64,000 bases of DNA from Chrysomallon squamiferum (Eukaryota > Animalia > Mollusca), in NCBI GenBank assembly GCA_012295275.1, contig CM022665.1, positions 16,492,001-16,556,000 on the forward strand, read 5' to 3'. This document shows, piece by piece, positions 13,480-26,908 of the stretch. Both the position numbers and the translations under genes were made by a program. Below the pieces are notes generated by a model. That model did no database searches and was not told where the DNA came from. It saw only the letters and a list, made by a program, of their open reading frames with translations. Each line of letters opens with the position of its first letter. The first letter of the stretch is position 1.

Positions 13480-13565
13480 GAAAAACTAGTGACGCTGTAT
13501 ATGACGTCAACAAAATATTCCGTTAGGGACTCCGCATCAAACTTGGTATGTAGCTGCAATTTTTT
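13480..13565 (+). promoter_or_regulatory. conserved CpG-rich island A (CRE TGACGTCA, ATG, donor-like TTG|GTATGT); copy 1 of 5
   Basis: TGACGTCA at 13502, 20889, 25472, 34561 and 40454. The ~85-nt core is identical in all copies except one C/A position. Function is inferred only. Confidence 0.4.
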
Positions 13566-13880
13566 CCGTTTCAGAATTAAAATGAAATATTAACTCAGCG
13601 CGTTAAAACTCTGCGATATTCTGTAAGTACAGTAAATCTGATTAAATTTAATTTAATTTTTCATATGTTAGGAACAAATTATTTCAAAGGATAATCCAAA
13701 ACAACTGGATTCCACTTCAAATTTTTAAATTTTCAAATTTGGTATTAGGATAGTTATTTTACTTTATTTCATTTCATTTTCTAAAATATTTTTGTACTTT
13801 TTATATATTTTATCTGTTTCCATATTTCGGCCTCCACTTTCAGATTCAAATAGGAATATACGAACAAAATGAAATTAAAG

Positions 13881-13885
<5 letters not shown>

Positions 13886-13946
<61 letters not shown>

Positions 13947-14459
13947 AGAAAAAAATAAGAAAACATTTAAAAAAATAAAAAATATGAAAAATTTTTAAAA
14001 AAATTAAAAATAAACTGAATTTAAAAAATAAAAACAAAACAAAGAAATAATAAAGAAATAAATAAAGAAAGAAAATCAAATACAAAATATAATCAAATAA
14101 AATTAAATAAAACAAATTAATAAAAAAATAAATAATAAATAATCAATAAAAAAAATCAAGTAATAAATAAAATGTAATAAAATAATACATAAATAAATAA
14201 ATAAAAAAATAAAAAACAAACAAATAAATAAAGAATAAAAGAAAGAAAAAATCAAATAAAAAATCAAATAAATAAAAAAATAAATAAAAAAATATTGCAA
14301 TAAATAAATAATCAATAAAAAATTAAAAAAAATAATAAAAATGTAATAAAAATAAATAAATAAATAATAAAAAAAGAAAGAAAGAAAATCAAATAAAAAA
14401 AAAAAAAAAAAAAAAAATGAAAGAAAGAAAAAATCAAATAAATAAATAAAAAAAAATAA

Positions 14460-14492
<33 letters not shown>

Positions 14493-15480
14493 GATGAATA
14501 AAGAAAGAAAGAAAGAAAGAAAATCAAATAAAAAATCAAATAAAATCAGATAAAATAAAATAAGTGACTAAAATAAATAATAATAATAACAAAAAAAATA
14601 ATCAATAAAAAAAAAAAAAAAAAAAAAAATGTAATAAAATAATACATAAATAAATAAATAAAAATTAAATAATAAATACATAATAAATAAATAAATAAAT
14701 AAAAATTAAATAATAAATACATAATAAATAAATAAATAAATAAAAATTAAATAATAATACATAATAAATAAATAATTAAAAAAAATTAAAAAATCAAATT
14801 TAATTAAATTTAAAAAAAAATAAAAAAAAAACAAAAAAATAAATAAATAAAGAAAATCAAATAAAAAATCAAATCAAATCAAATTAAACAAAACAAATGA
14901 TTAAAATAATAAATAAAAAAAAAAAAAAAAAAAATAAATAATCAATAAAGAAATAAAATTCAAAAAAAAAAAAAAAAAATAAAAATAAATAATAAAAAAA
15001 TAAAAAAATAAATTAAAAAAAATAAAAATCAAATCAAATTAAATTAAATTAATTAATAAAAAAAAAAAAAAAAAAAAATAAATAAATAATAAAATAAAAT
15101 AAAGTAAAATTTAAAAAAATAATAATAAAATAAATAAATAAAAAATTATAAAAATAAATAAATAATCAAATAAAATAAAGTAAAATTCAAAAAAATAATA
15201 ATAAAATAAATAAATAAAAAAATAATAAAAATAAATAAATAATCAAATAAAATAAAGTAAAATTCAAAAAAATAATAATAAAATAAATTTAAAAAAATTT
15301 ATAAAAAAAAATAATAAATAAAAAATAAAAAATAAAAATAAAAAAAATAAAAATAAAAATTAAATAAAATTAAATTAATGAATAAAAAAATAAATAAATA
15401 AATAAAATAAAGTAAAATTAAAATAATAATAATAATAAAATAAAGAAAAAAATAATAAAATATAAAAATAAAGAAAAATA
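13886..15480. repeat. ~1.6 kb A-rich low-complexity tract (AAAT/AAAAT/poly-A)
   Basis: Almost no G or C; strongly A-biased on the + strand. Confidence 0.95.
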
Positions 15481-16235
15481 TAGTAGTATAATAACAAGGT
15501 GCTATAGTATTAGTAAGGGTACTGGTAGTGGTAGTGGTGGTATTGATATAATAGTAATTGTGATTTAGGTAGTGATAGTAATGGTAGTGGCAGTAGCAAT
15601 GGTAGTAGTAGTTGTTTGGGTACTGTTAGTAGTAGTTGTGTTAGTCATAGTAGTGGTAGAAGTAGTAGTACTGGTGGTGGTGGTACTAGTAGTGAAGGTT
15701 GTGGTTCTGGAAGTGATGGTAGAGGTAATAGTAGTTGTTGTGGTTGTGGTACTGATTGTAGTGGTAGATGTGGTAGATGTGGTAGTAATGGTGGTGGTGG
15801 TAGTAGTAGTGAAGATTGTCATTCTGTTAATGATGGTAGTAGTAGATGTAGTGACAGTGGTAGCAATAGTAACGGTAGAGATAGTAGTAATAGTAATAGT
15901 TGTGGTGGTAATAGTAGAGGTTTTGGTAGTAGTAATACTAAAGGGAGTAGTGATAACAGCACTGATAATGGTTGTAGTGGTAGTGACAGTATCTGTTGCA
16001 GTAATAGTGAAAGAGATGTAGTAGCAGAAGTAGAGTTGTTGTTGTTGTAGTAATAGTAGAAGTAGCAGAAGCAGCAGTAGTGGTAGTTGTGGTTGTGAAA
16101 GTACTAGTTGAGGTAGTGGTAATGACAGTGGTAAAAGTAAAGGTAGTAGTGAGAACAGTGCCAGTAGTAGTTGTAATTGTTGTAGAGGGAGGTTGTAGTA
16201 GATGTAGTAGTAGTTGCAGTAGTAAGGTATAGATA
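15481..16235. repeat. degenerate (GTA/GTG/GTT)n trinucleotide tract
   Basis: Directly visible; shorter diverged counterparts at ~35220-35630 and ~41335-41455. Confidence 0.9.
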
Positions 16236-16452
16236 TAATCATCAATATTAAATTTGATTCAAACAGTGTTTAGTCTTTTATTTTGTGTTTTAAGTACATC
16301 TTAATTACAAATTTATTTGTCAGGTGATGGAGATGTTGAGGGAATATATTTAATTTTTCCTATTTAAATTAACTAATGAAGTTTTGTTTCAGATTACTTG
16401 TTTCTCTAATCAATTTATAAAATCGGAATCTTTTTTTTAGATTATTAATACT

Positions 16453-16483
<31 letters not shown>

Positions 16484-17093
16484 TGTACGTATATTTTGCT
16501 TATGTATTATTTAACTTTTTATTTAATATATTTATTTATGTATATTTTATTATTTATTTACTTACTTATTTATGTATTATTTATTTGTGTATGTACATTT
16601 TATTTATGTATTATTTTTTAATTAATTTTTTGTTTCTTATTATACTTATTTTTTTATTTTTTTATTTATTTAAAGTTTTCCAGCATCAGGTTTAAGTAAA
16701 AGCAGATGTTCAGATTTTACAATCAGAATTTTCTTATTAACAAATATTATTTACCTTTTAATGATTTTTGTGGTTCTTAGGTAAGAAGGATTTATTCCTG
16801 AATAAATTCTTTCTTACTTTTTCAGAATTGATGGCTGTTTTAGATTGTTCAAAACAATTTAAAAAAAAAAGAAATTATAAAATTGAAAATAAATTAAAAA
16901 ATTTCAAACACAAAATTTCAAAAAATTCAAAAATTTCATTTGTTTAGAGGTTCACGTATTGGTGTTGTTAATTATAAGATTTGAGTTTCTATTTTTGGAT
17001 TATTTACTTATTTTTCACCAATCTCCATTATTGTAGCTACAATAGTTATATACTATAACAAGTAGCATATTAATAGTTCTAATAAACTGATTC

Positions 17094-17132
<39 letters not shown>

Positions 17133-17647
17133 AGTTAAATAATAAAAAAGTTAAAAAAAAAAAAAAAGTAAATATTTGAATTTCTGTTTTCAAATTATTT
17201 ATTTAAATTTCACCAATATCTCCATCACTGTAGCTACAACAGATACATATATATAACAAATAGCACATTAATAGTTTTAATAAACTGATTGAATAATAAT
17301 TAGAATAATAATAATTACTTTTTAAAAAGTTAAATAATAATAAAAAAAAGTAAATAAATAAATTAAAAAGAAATTAAATTAAATATTTGATTATCTATTT
17401 TCAGATTTTTTTTTTTTCACCATTATACATATATTATAACAAACACAATATTAACTGTTTTAATAAACAGCTATATATATGCATATATCAAATAGCACGT
17501 TAATAGTTTTAATAAACTGATTTAATAATAACAGTAAAAAAAAATTTAAAAAATTATATATATTAAAAAATTAAAATAAGAAAAAGAAAATAAGAAAAAA
17601 AATTAAATATTACTATCCGTTTTGCATTGTACGATAAAAATTTTAAG

Positions 17648-17687
<40 letters not shown>

Positions 17688-17742
17688 TTTGGGGGGGGTG
17701 TAGGGTCAATTATTCCTCACCGTTCAAAAATTATTGTTATTT

Positions 17743-17869
17743 AATGTACCTTAAATGCAGCAACAAGGAGTCACCTGGTGAGTGATGACACCCCCACCTC
17801 AGAGTGGCTAATACAGGAAACTCATACTTGAAAATGAGCTACTGGGGGACTGTTCACCTTAGGTACATT
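17743..17869 (+). ncRNA. candidate structured RNA / terminal exon module (127 nt), full copy 1 of 5
   Basis: Nested complementarity: AATGTACCT/AGGTACATT, GGTGA/TCACC, CCCCC/GGGGG, AGTGGCT/AGCTACT. C-box-like GTGATGA. Other full copies at 23453-23579, 27252-27378, 37818-37944 and 43944-44070. Confidence 0.35.
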
Positions 17870-17972
17870 CAACTATTAATTATTAATTCATTTTTATAAT
17901 AAACTGCAATTTCTCTTTTTAAATAATATTTATAAACTGATAAAATGTAACTAATTTCAAAATGTTTTAGAA

Positions 17973-19198
17973 CAGGGGTCGGCAATTATTTTTTCCATGG
18001 GGCCACATGAGAAACAAAATATTGTGGAGAGTCGGGCCAAAAGGCTTAACTCAATTCTGCATAATATTAATTGTATTTCTTTATAAAAAGCAGTAAATAG
18101 CATTGTTTTGACAAGCTGGTAAGACTGGTAAGAGTATATGTTATGATTAAACAATGAACAAGTGAGGTTGATTTACATTGGTAAACAAAATGTGAACATT
18201 TTTAACATTTGTAACTCATTATATTAGTGATAATTTTCAATGACATTCACCCCAAAATTCATTTTGAGTTTTATATACAGTTGGAAAGAGGTTCTTAGCT
18301 TTCTAAAGACATCACAGTATTGTATTTGTACTCCAAATATTAAGCAAGATACAACATATTATATTAATGATTGTCACTGAACTGTGATTTTGAGAAAAAG
18401 GCCTCCAAAGAAAGTGTTCCATTTCACTGCTAGTACGTGACTTTACATGCCCACATTTGATGTCTAACCACCTCATTTGGTATTTTTCATTTCTTTTTTT
18501 CAGTGTCCTCGATCTTTCTCGTCACGGTTCGCGTGGACGCGGGACTTGTTCAAAAGCTTCTTTTTTTCAGGGCATATTTGTTCTGCAGAGTCCCACAAGC
18601 ACTTTTTGACAAACTCCGAGACAAAAGGGGGCTCCGAGAATGGCTTACTGTTTTTAGCTATTTTGTTGGATATAAAAATGCTAGTCTTCGTTGCTGCATC
18701 CCTGGATGTGTAAAGCTTGGTTAAAAAAAAAAAAAAAAAAAAGCCGCCTTGCTGCTTTAATAGCTAGCAAAGCTTCCGATGTCCGCGCCCTTTCAAGTTT
18801 TTGTATTTTTCCACGTGTTTCGTCTCATAATGCCGACTCAAATTGTAATCCTTAAACACGGCGATCTGCTCTCCGCAAACTAAACACACAGCTTTGTCTC
18901 CGACTTCAGTTGAAACCCCTGCATTCTTTTTTTTTTAAGCGTGAGCGGACATTTTGAGGACTAAAGTCGTATTGCGACCTGTTTTGTGACAACGATTCAA
19001 TCGCGCGCACATCTTGATTTACGTATTGCGTCATTTTGTACCTGAATAAAAAAGTACCTTCAAAATAAAAGCAATGCAGCTTTAGTCCATGCATGAGGTG
19101 AAATTAGAGAATATGTTTATTTTGTAATTCCCAGTTAACCTTACGGCCGGTCAAAGACAACCAAAGGGCCGCATGTGACCGTCAAATGCCCAGGTCTG
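17973..19198 (-). mobile_element. internally deleted hAT (Charlie/Buster, GTF2IRD2-like) DNA transposon
   Basis: 8-bp TSD TTTTAGAA at 17965-17972 and 19199-19206; termini CAGGGGTCGGCA.../...TGCCCAGGTCTG. Minus-strand transposase relics KAVCLVCGEQIAVFKDYNLSRHYETKH and KIAKNSKPFSE...EFVKKCL...ICPEKKEAFEQV. The paralogous empty site is at ~38040-38047. Confidence 0.93.
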
Positions 19199-21242
19199 TT
19201 TTAGAACGTAACATACAATTATTCATATATATGAATACCGCACATATCTATTTATAAATTTATGATCTCAACATTAGACAGCTTTTTGGTTAAAATAAAA
19301 ATAAAAAATGTAATTCTTTATAAATTGTATTTTTGTAACATTTTACTAAAGAACATTTTTTGAATATGTTAAATATTTTACTCATCATTTGAACAATAAT
19401 TCATTGTCAAAGCATTCAATAAATAGAGCCTTATATTTTTCGTTGTTTTATTTCAATTCAGTTATTTGTTTATATTTATTATTCCTACGAAAGGGAAATC
19501 TCAGAACCTTTGGCTAAGACCAAAGCTGCTTTATTATGTTTAAAACACATTATAAAAATGAGTATTTTGGTAGGATAATAAGGAATATTATATGAGAGTT
19601 TTCATATTTTGTATAATTTACAAATATCGGATGAATTTAGACTGGCTTTGACGGGACTAGAATGGCTTCTTCGGTATAATTATGCATAATAACAATCAAA
19701 ACTAAAAAGTTCAAAGCATCAGAGTCAAATCTAGTTTTGAAGAAAATATACATATAGAAAAATGTATTATATAATGATTTCTTTTTATGCATCCAATGAT
19801 TATTTATAATACCTGATAATCCCATTTAATACTAGGAAAATATATTTAGTTGTGTGGTTAGTTGTAAACGGTCGGAGGAAGGGCAATGGGGGACAGGATT
19901 GATCGGCTTGCCCATCCCATGGACTTTGGGACGGGGAATGTATGGAGCTAGCGATATTATGTAAATCCAGCCATGAAATGGAAACTGGTCAGGGTGGTGT
20001 AGGTGACTTGTTTTGAAGGGATAATAGGATGTCAGATAACAGCAGTTCATATGCATAGTATGATAAACAATTCAGAACAAAAAAGGCTATACGCCCAGAA
20101 CATTGTTTGGGGGGTAATAGACAGTGTTGTTGTGCATGTATGGAATAGGTGGTAGGAGACAAGCTTGAATGGGTCTGAAAAGTTCTGGTGGCCAGTTCAA
20201 GCAGTCCTTGCTTGCACACAGGGGACAAGCTGTGAGAGGGGTGGGGTTAGGACATGTTTGGGTTTTAATAGGGGAAAATGTACATTGGCAAAATGTAAAT
20301 GTGTGCATACTTGTGGAAAATTTGTGTTCTCTTCAGTGTAGGTCATAGGGACAGAAAACTTAGACATGATTGTACATTCCCCAATACGCACTAGTATTCT
20401 GCCCACAAAACTAAAACACTAAAACCTATTAGTATAACATTAAAAAACAGAAATAAAAATTATTGTTTCTTTTCACTACAATTATGTCAGACCAGCTTCT
20501 AGATCTATATTTAAATATTCATTACTCCTGCAATTCATAACGATTATTACATTTATATTTTACATTTATATAATCTTTTTCATTATTATGATTATAGTAG
20601 TAGTAGTGGTGATAGGAGCAACAGCACAGTTTATTAGAGAACTTTTATCAACCGCCTTTTGACCGTTGAATTTCCTACTAGAATGTAATTTGTTTTTCAT
20701 GTGCTTTACATATTAACTATACTTATTGAAACATGAAATAAGATTTTATTGACATTAAAAATAAATAGGAATAATTAACTATAAATAAAGAGCATTGTAG
20801 AAATAAAAAGAAATAATAGAACACGGTCGAAAAGACTGACGGGAAATGGTTTATTTCCGTTATTTTGAAAAACTAGTGACGCTGTATATGACGTCAACAA
20901 AATATTCCGTTAGGGACTCCGAATCAAACTTGGTATGTAGCTGCAATTTTTTCTGTTTCAGAATTAAAATGAAATATTAACTCATTTCGTTAAAACTCTC
21001 CGATATTCTGAAATCTTATTAAATTTTATTTATTTATCATATGTTAGGAACTGATTATTTCAATAGCTAATCTAAAAACAAAACTCGATTCCACTTCAAA
21101 AGTTAAAATTTTTAAATTTGGAATTAAGATATTCATTTCATTTTATTTCATTTTATTTCATTTTTAACAGGAATATTTCAATTTAAACAGGAATATACGA
21201 ACAAAATTAAATTAAACTAAATTTCAGATAATAATAATAATA

Positions 21243-21285
<43 letters not shown>

Positions 21286-21801
21286 AAAGAAAAAATAATA
21301 ATAAACAAAAAAATAATCAAAAATTAAAAATAAAAACATAAATAAATAAAAATAAATAAATAAATTTAAAAAAATAATAAAATTAAAAATTAATAAATTA
21401 AATAAATTAAAAATAAAATAAAGAAATAAAAATAATGATAATAAACAAATAAACAAATAAAATAAAATAAAATAAAAAAGAACTACATAAATAATAACTA
21501 AAAATAAAAAAAATAAAAAATAAAATAAAATAAAATAAAAATAAACAAATAAAGAAATAAAGAAATAAAATAAAATATATTATTTATTTGTGAACATATA
21601 TTCTGTTTACGTATTATTTCTTTTTTAATTAATTAATTTTTTATTTATTATTGTATTTTATTTATTTATTTATTTATTTATTTAAGAAAAACCGTATGTT
21701 CAGATTTTGCAATCAGAATTTTTCTTATTAACAAATAATATATTCCTAAATAATTCTTTACTTTTCAGAACTGATGACTGATTTAGATTGCTCAAAACTG
21801 C

Positions 21802-21841
<40 letters not shown>

Positions 21842-22797
21842 ATTTATAAAAAAAAAAAAAAAAAAATATAAAAAACTTTTAAAAAATTTAAAAAAAAATT
21901 TAAAAAATAAAATTTTTTTTTTTTTTTTTTTTAATTTAAAAAAAATAAAATAAAAATGTTTTGGTAGAAGTAGTAGAGGAATTGATAGTGGTAATATTAA
22001 AGGCAAGAAGGTTCTTAAGTAAGAAGGATTTATTCCTAAATAAATTGTTTCCTATCTTATCATATCTTGTTTTAGACTGTTCAAAACAATTTAAAAAAAT
22101 AAAAATATAAAAAAGTTTTTAAAAATAAATAAATAAATTATAATTAAAAAAAGAATGTTTCTTTTATTTAGAGGTTCAAGTATTTGTCTTTGTTGATAAT
22201 TATAAGATTTGAGATTATTTATTTATTTTTCACCAATATCTCCATCATTGTAGCTACAACAGTTATATATTATAACAAGTAGCATATTAATAGTTTTAAT
22301 AACTGATTTAATAATAATAACAGTGATGACACCCCCACCTCAGAGTGGCTAATACGGGAAACTCATATTTGAAAAAAAGTTTAAAAAAACTAAAAAAAAG
22401 ATTTTAAAAAGTTTTAAAAATGTTTAAAATTTAAAAAAAAAAAAAAATAGTTTAAAAAAATGTTAAAAAATAAAAATACAAATGTTTTTAAAAAAAAAAA
22501 AAAAAAAAAAACGTATAAATTTCCTTTCTTTAGAGATTCAGGTATTTGCATTTGTTGTTAATTATAAGATTTGAGTTTCTATTTCCAGATTTTTTATTTA
22601 TTTTTCACCAACATCTCCATCACAAGAGATACTACATATATAAGAAATACCATATTAAAAAATAGAAAATAGAAAATAAAATAGAAAATAAAATTAAATT
22701 AAATATATTAAAAAAGTAAAATAAGAAAAAAGTAAATGAGAAAAAAACTTAAATATTAGTATCCGTTTTGAATTGTATGCTACAATAAAAAGTTAAG

Positions 22798-22846
<49 letters not shown>

Positions 22847-23452
22847 TTGGAGAGTAGGGTCAATCATTCCTCACCGTTCAAAAATTATTGTTATTTAATG
22901 TACCTTAAATGCAGCAACAAGGAGTCACCTGGTGAGTGATGACACCCCCACCTCAGAGTGGCTAATACAGGAAACTGATACTTGAAAAAAAAATAGAAAC
23001 AAAAATTTTTAAAAAAAAAAGTTTTAAAAAAAAAAAAATAAAAAAAAAAAAAAAAAAATAAAAAAAAATAAATATGTTGAAAAAAACTAAAAAAAATGTT
23101 TAAAAAATGTTTAACAAAATTTAAAAAAATAAAAATACGAATGTTTAAAAAAAAATAATAATAAATTTCCTTTCTTTAGAGGTTCAGATTTTTTTTTTTT
23201 ACCTCCATCACTATAGCTACTACATATATAACAAATACCAAATTCAAAAATAAAAAATAAAATAAAGTAAAATTATATATATAAAAAAGTAAAATAAGAA
23301 AAAATTAAATAAGAAAAAAATTATATAAAAAAAAATTAAATATTAGTATCCGTTTTGTATTGTATGCTACGATAAAAATTGTATTATTATTATTATTATA
23401 TTTGTTGTGGGTAGGACAATTATTGCTCACCGTTCAAAAATTATTGTTATTT

Positions 23453-23579
23453 AATGTACCTTAAATGCAGCAACAAGGAGTCACCTGGTGAGTGATGACA
23501 CCCCCACCTCAGAGTGGCTAATACAGGAAACTCATACTTGAAAATGAGCTACTGGGGGACTGTTCACCTTAGGTACATT
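23453..23579 (+). ncRNA. candidate structured module, full copy 2
   Basis: Identical to 17743-17869. Confidence 0.35.
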
Positions 23580-23963
23580 CAGCTATTAGTTATTAATTCA
23601 ATTTTATAATAAACTGCAATTTCTCTTTAGAAATAATGAATACTGTACATATCTATCTGTCTACCTATCTATCTATCTATAGGCACACACGCACATGCAC
23701 ACTACATACATGTATGATCTCAGCATCTGATAGATGTCAGACGTAGACTTTTCATTTTGAAAATGGTTCGAGTGTTAAAACTTTTATGGCTACTTTAGTA
23801 AAGTCAGCTTCTTGGTTTGTTCCCGCTACTGCTGTTGGTCACAGTAGCATGCGGGCGTATTGTTAGCAAATCCTGTTATCTAATCAGTCACAATCTTATT
23901 ACATTTATCTGCTCGTAAGACCTCTCGTAGTTCGCTTAATATTCAAGAAGGATAAAACTAAGC

Positions 23964-23964
<1 letters not shown>

Positions 23965-24051
<87 letters not shown>
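23965..24051. repeat. (CT)n microsatellite (related tracts at 29878-29950, 30256-30390, 32413-32499)
   Basis: Perfect runs inside a duplicated cassette (23745-24960 ~ 32175-33378; partial copy at 29880-30255). Confidence 0.95.
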
Positions 24052-24054
<3 letters not shown>

Positions 24055-24202
24055 AACTTTTTTCACCCTAGTCAGATTGATAACATCAGATATATACATG
24101 TGCAGGTACCGAACAAGAAATCCAGAAAACCGGCTGCTTTGTTTCGGTTTCCGTTGAGCGACGCCAATGAGACACCTGCATTGAAAAGGTGATGCTCTAA
24201 CC

Positions 24203-24300
24203 CAGTGGCTGGCGAACTCCGGCCCGCGAAGATTTCTTGTCTGACCCGCCAAACTGTTCACAGTTAACATTGACATCCGGCCCGCAAGACAGCAAAACAA
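24203..24300 (+). mobile_element. hAT-like element end (one terminus only)
   Basis: CAGTGGCTGGCGAACT followed by CCGGCCCGC subterminal motifs, inserted just after GCTCTAAC. Paralogs at ~12578 and ~39850 lack it; a deleted copy is at ~32651. Confidence 0.5.
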
Positions 24301-24574
24301 AAGTCAATGAAATGAAAACAGTTCACACAGCTATTTTCTCTTTTATTCACGTTTAAACTTTAAGGCGTCTCGAAGGCACTCGTCTAATCAATAGGGAATT
24401 TACTGTTTACATAAAATACATGTTTTGATATCTTTTTTTCTCATTTCATATTCTGGCCATCATGTTTTTGTAACGTGTTTTTAAATAAGAAGAATGTATT
24501 TATAAATGATAAATATTGTATAAAAGCAAATAAAAAAGAATGTAAAGAAATTAATTGGTTTTGTAAACTGTATT

Positions 24575-24960
24575 TATCTTGGAGATCAGACAAATTATTT
24601 TAACGCCTTTATCAACTCCTGCTTCAGTATGGTACTACGCTCGTACTGCCTAGCCAAGTCGACTACATGCAAACTCACTTTCTTACGATCCATGATGCGA
24701 AAAAAGACATTTGGCAAACTACTGCACAAAACGCGAACGCCAATACAACAGAGATGATTCTATGGCGAGGTAACCACGTGAAGTAAACGACTGAAACGTG
24801 GGATCCTGAAACGGATGGGATCCCAACTAGCGGCGGATATCTGAAACTCAGTCGTAATTCGGATTTTGGCTCGCAACTCAAAGCAACAAATCGGCCATGC
24901 GTGTGCTCGTAACTCGAAAAATTCGTAGGTTGGGCACTCGTAAGTCAAGGTACCAATGTA
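24575..24960 (-). mobile_element. pogo/Tigger transposon 5' fragment, copy 1
   Basis: Ends in CAAGGTACCAATG+TA, the reverse complement of a CAGTGGTACCTT-type TIR plus TA. Paralog of 32985-33378. Confidence 0.7.
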
Positions 24961-25147
24961 TATATATAATTAGTTTAACATTAAGGAACACAAACAAAAA
25001 TTACAGTTTCTATTCTCGAAAATCAACTCAAACTAGCTTACTTGATCTACAGTTATATTTAAATATTCATTATTTACTGCTATAATTCATAACAATTATT
25101 ACATTAATATTTTACATTTATATAATCTTATTCATTATTATTATTAT

Positions 25148-25188
<41 letters not shown>

Positions 25189-25781
25189 CTAGTAGTGGCA
25201 GGAGCAGCAGCATAGTTTACTACAGAATTTATCAACCGTCTTTTGACCGATGAATTTCCTGTTAGAGTGTAATTTGTTTTTCGTGTGCTTAATATTAATT
25301 ATACCTAATGAAATACAAAACAAGGTCTTATTCATATTAAAGATAAATAGGAATCATTCACTATAAATAAACAACATTGCAGAAATAAAAAGAAATAATA
25401 AAACACGGTCGAAAAGACTGACAGGAAATTGTTTATTTCGGTTAATTTTGAAAAACTAGTGACGCTGTATATGACGTCAACAAAATATTCCGTTAGGGAC
25501 TCCGCATCAAACTTGGTATGTAGCTGCAATTTTTTTCTGTTTCAGAATTAAAATGAAATATTAACTCACTTCGTTAAGACTGCAATATTCTGAAATCTTA
25601 TTAAAATTTATTTATTTTTCATATGTTAGGAACTGATTATTTCAATAGCTAATCTAAAAACAAAACTCGATTCCACTTCAAAAGTTTAAATTTTTAAATT
25701 TGGAATTAAGATATTCAGTTTATTTTATTTCATTTTATTTCATTTTTTAACAGGAATATTTCAATTTAATCTAAATTTCAG

Positions 25782-25822
<41 letters not shown>

Positions 25823-25955
25823 GGTAAATAAAAAATAAAAAATAAATAAATAATAATTAAATAAAGAAAAAAATTAACAAAAATTAAAAATAAATACATA
25901 AATAAATAATTTAAATTTAAAAAAAAAAATTATTTAATTAATTAATACATAAAAT

Positions 25956-25987
<32 letters not shown>

Positions 25988-26606
25988 CAAATAAAAGAAA
26001 AGAAAAGAAATAAAAAAGAAAAATTAAATACTTATACAATAACTAAAAATAGAAATAAATAAAAAAATAAATAAATAAAATAAAATAAAATAAGAATAAA
26101 GAAAGATATAAACAAATAAATAAATTTATTAATGAGCATATATTCTGTTTATGTATTATTTGTTTTTTAATTAATTAATTTTATATTTTTATTATATTTT
26201 ATTTCTTTATTTCTTTATTAATTTACTTATTTACTTATTTAAGAAAAACTATATGTTCAGATTTTGCAATCAGAATTTTTCTTATTAACAAATAATATAT
26301 TCCTAAATAATTCTTCTTTACTTTTCAGAACTGATGACTGTTTTAGATTGCTCAAAACTGCTTTAAAAAAAATAAAATAATAATAATAAATTTTAAATAA
26401 ATGTTAAAAAATGTTTAAAAAGTTTTAAAAATGTTAAAAAAAATGAAAAAAACAATAATAAAAAAAATGTTTAAAAAGTTTTAAAAATGTTTAAAAAAAA
26501 AAATGAAAAAAACAATAAAAAAAAAAAATGTTTAAAAGATTTTAAAAATTTTAAAAAGTTTTAAAAATGTTAAAAAAAAAAAATGAAAAACAATAATAAA
26601 AAAAAT

Positions 26607-26649
<43 letters not shown>

Positions 26650-26869
26650 ATAAAAAAATGTTTAAAAGTTTTAAAAATGTTAAAAAAAATGAAAAAAGAA
26701 AAAAATGTTTAAAAAAAAGTTTCAAAAATTTAAAAATGTTAAAAAAAAAGAAGAAAAAAACAATAATAAAAAAAATGTTTAAAAAGTTTAAAAAATTTAA
26801 AAAAGGTTTAAAAAAAAAAAGAAAAAAAAACAATAATAAAAAAAAATGTTAAAAAATAAAAATAACAAT

Positions 26870-26908
<39 letters not shown>

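Noticed and set aside
15565-16245. Thr-rich mucin-like 226-aa ORF and overlapping Val-rich and Ser/Cys/Gly-rich ORFs
   Set aside because: By-products of a degenerate GTA trinucleotide tract; open in several frames and not preserved in the paralogous units.
17779-17852. SECIS element / selenocysteine read-through of the TGA
   Set aside because: AUGA and GA are present, but helix II geometry and AA-loop spacing do not fit, and the element overlaps the UGA itself.
17761-17860. Hammerhead or HDV-like ribozyme in the repeated module (GAAAC-stem, GGCTAA)
   Set aside because: No CUGANGA core and no UH after the putative stem III; no P1.1 GG or nested P1/P2/P3 pseudoknot for an HDV fold.
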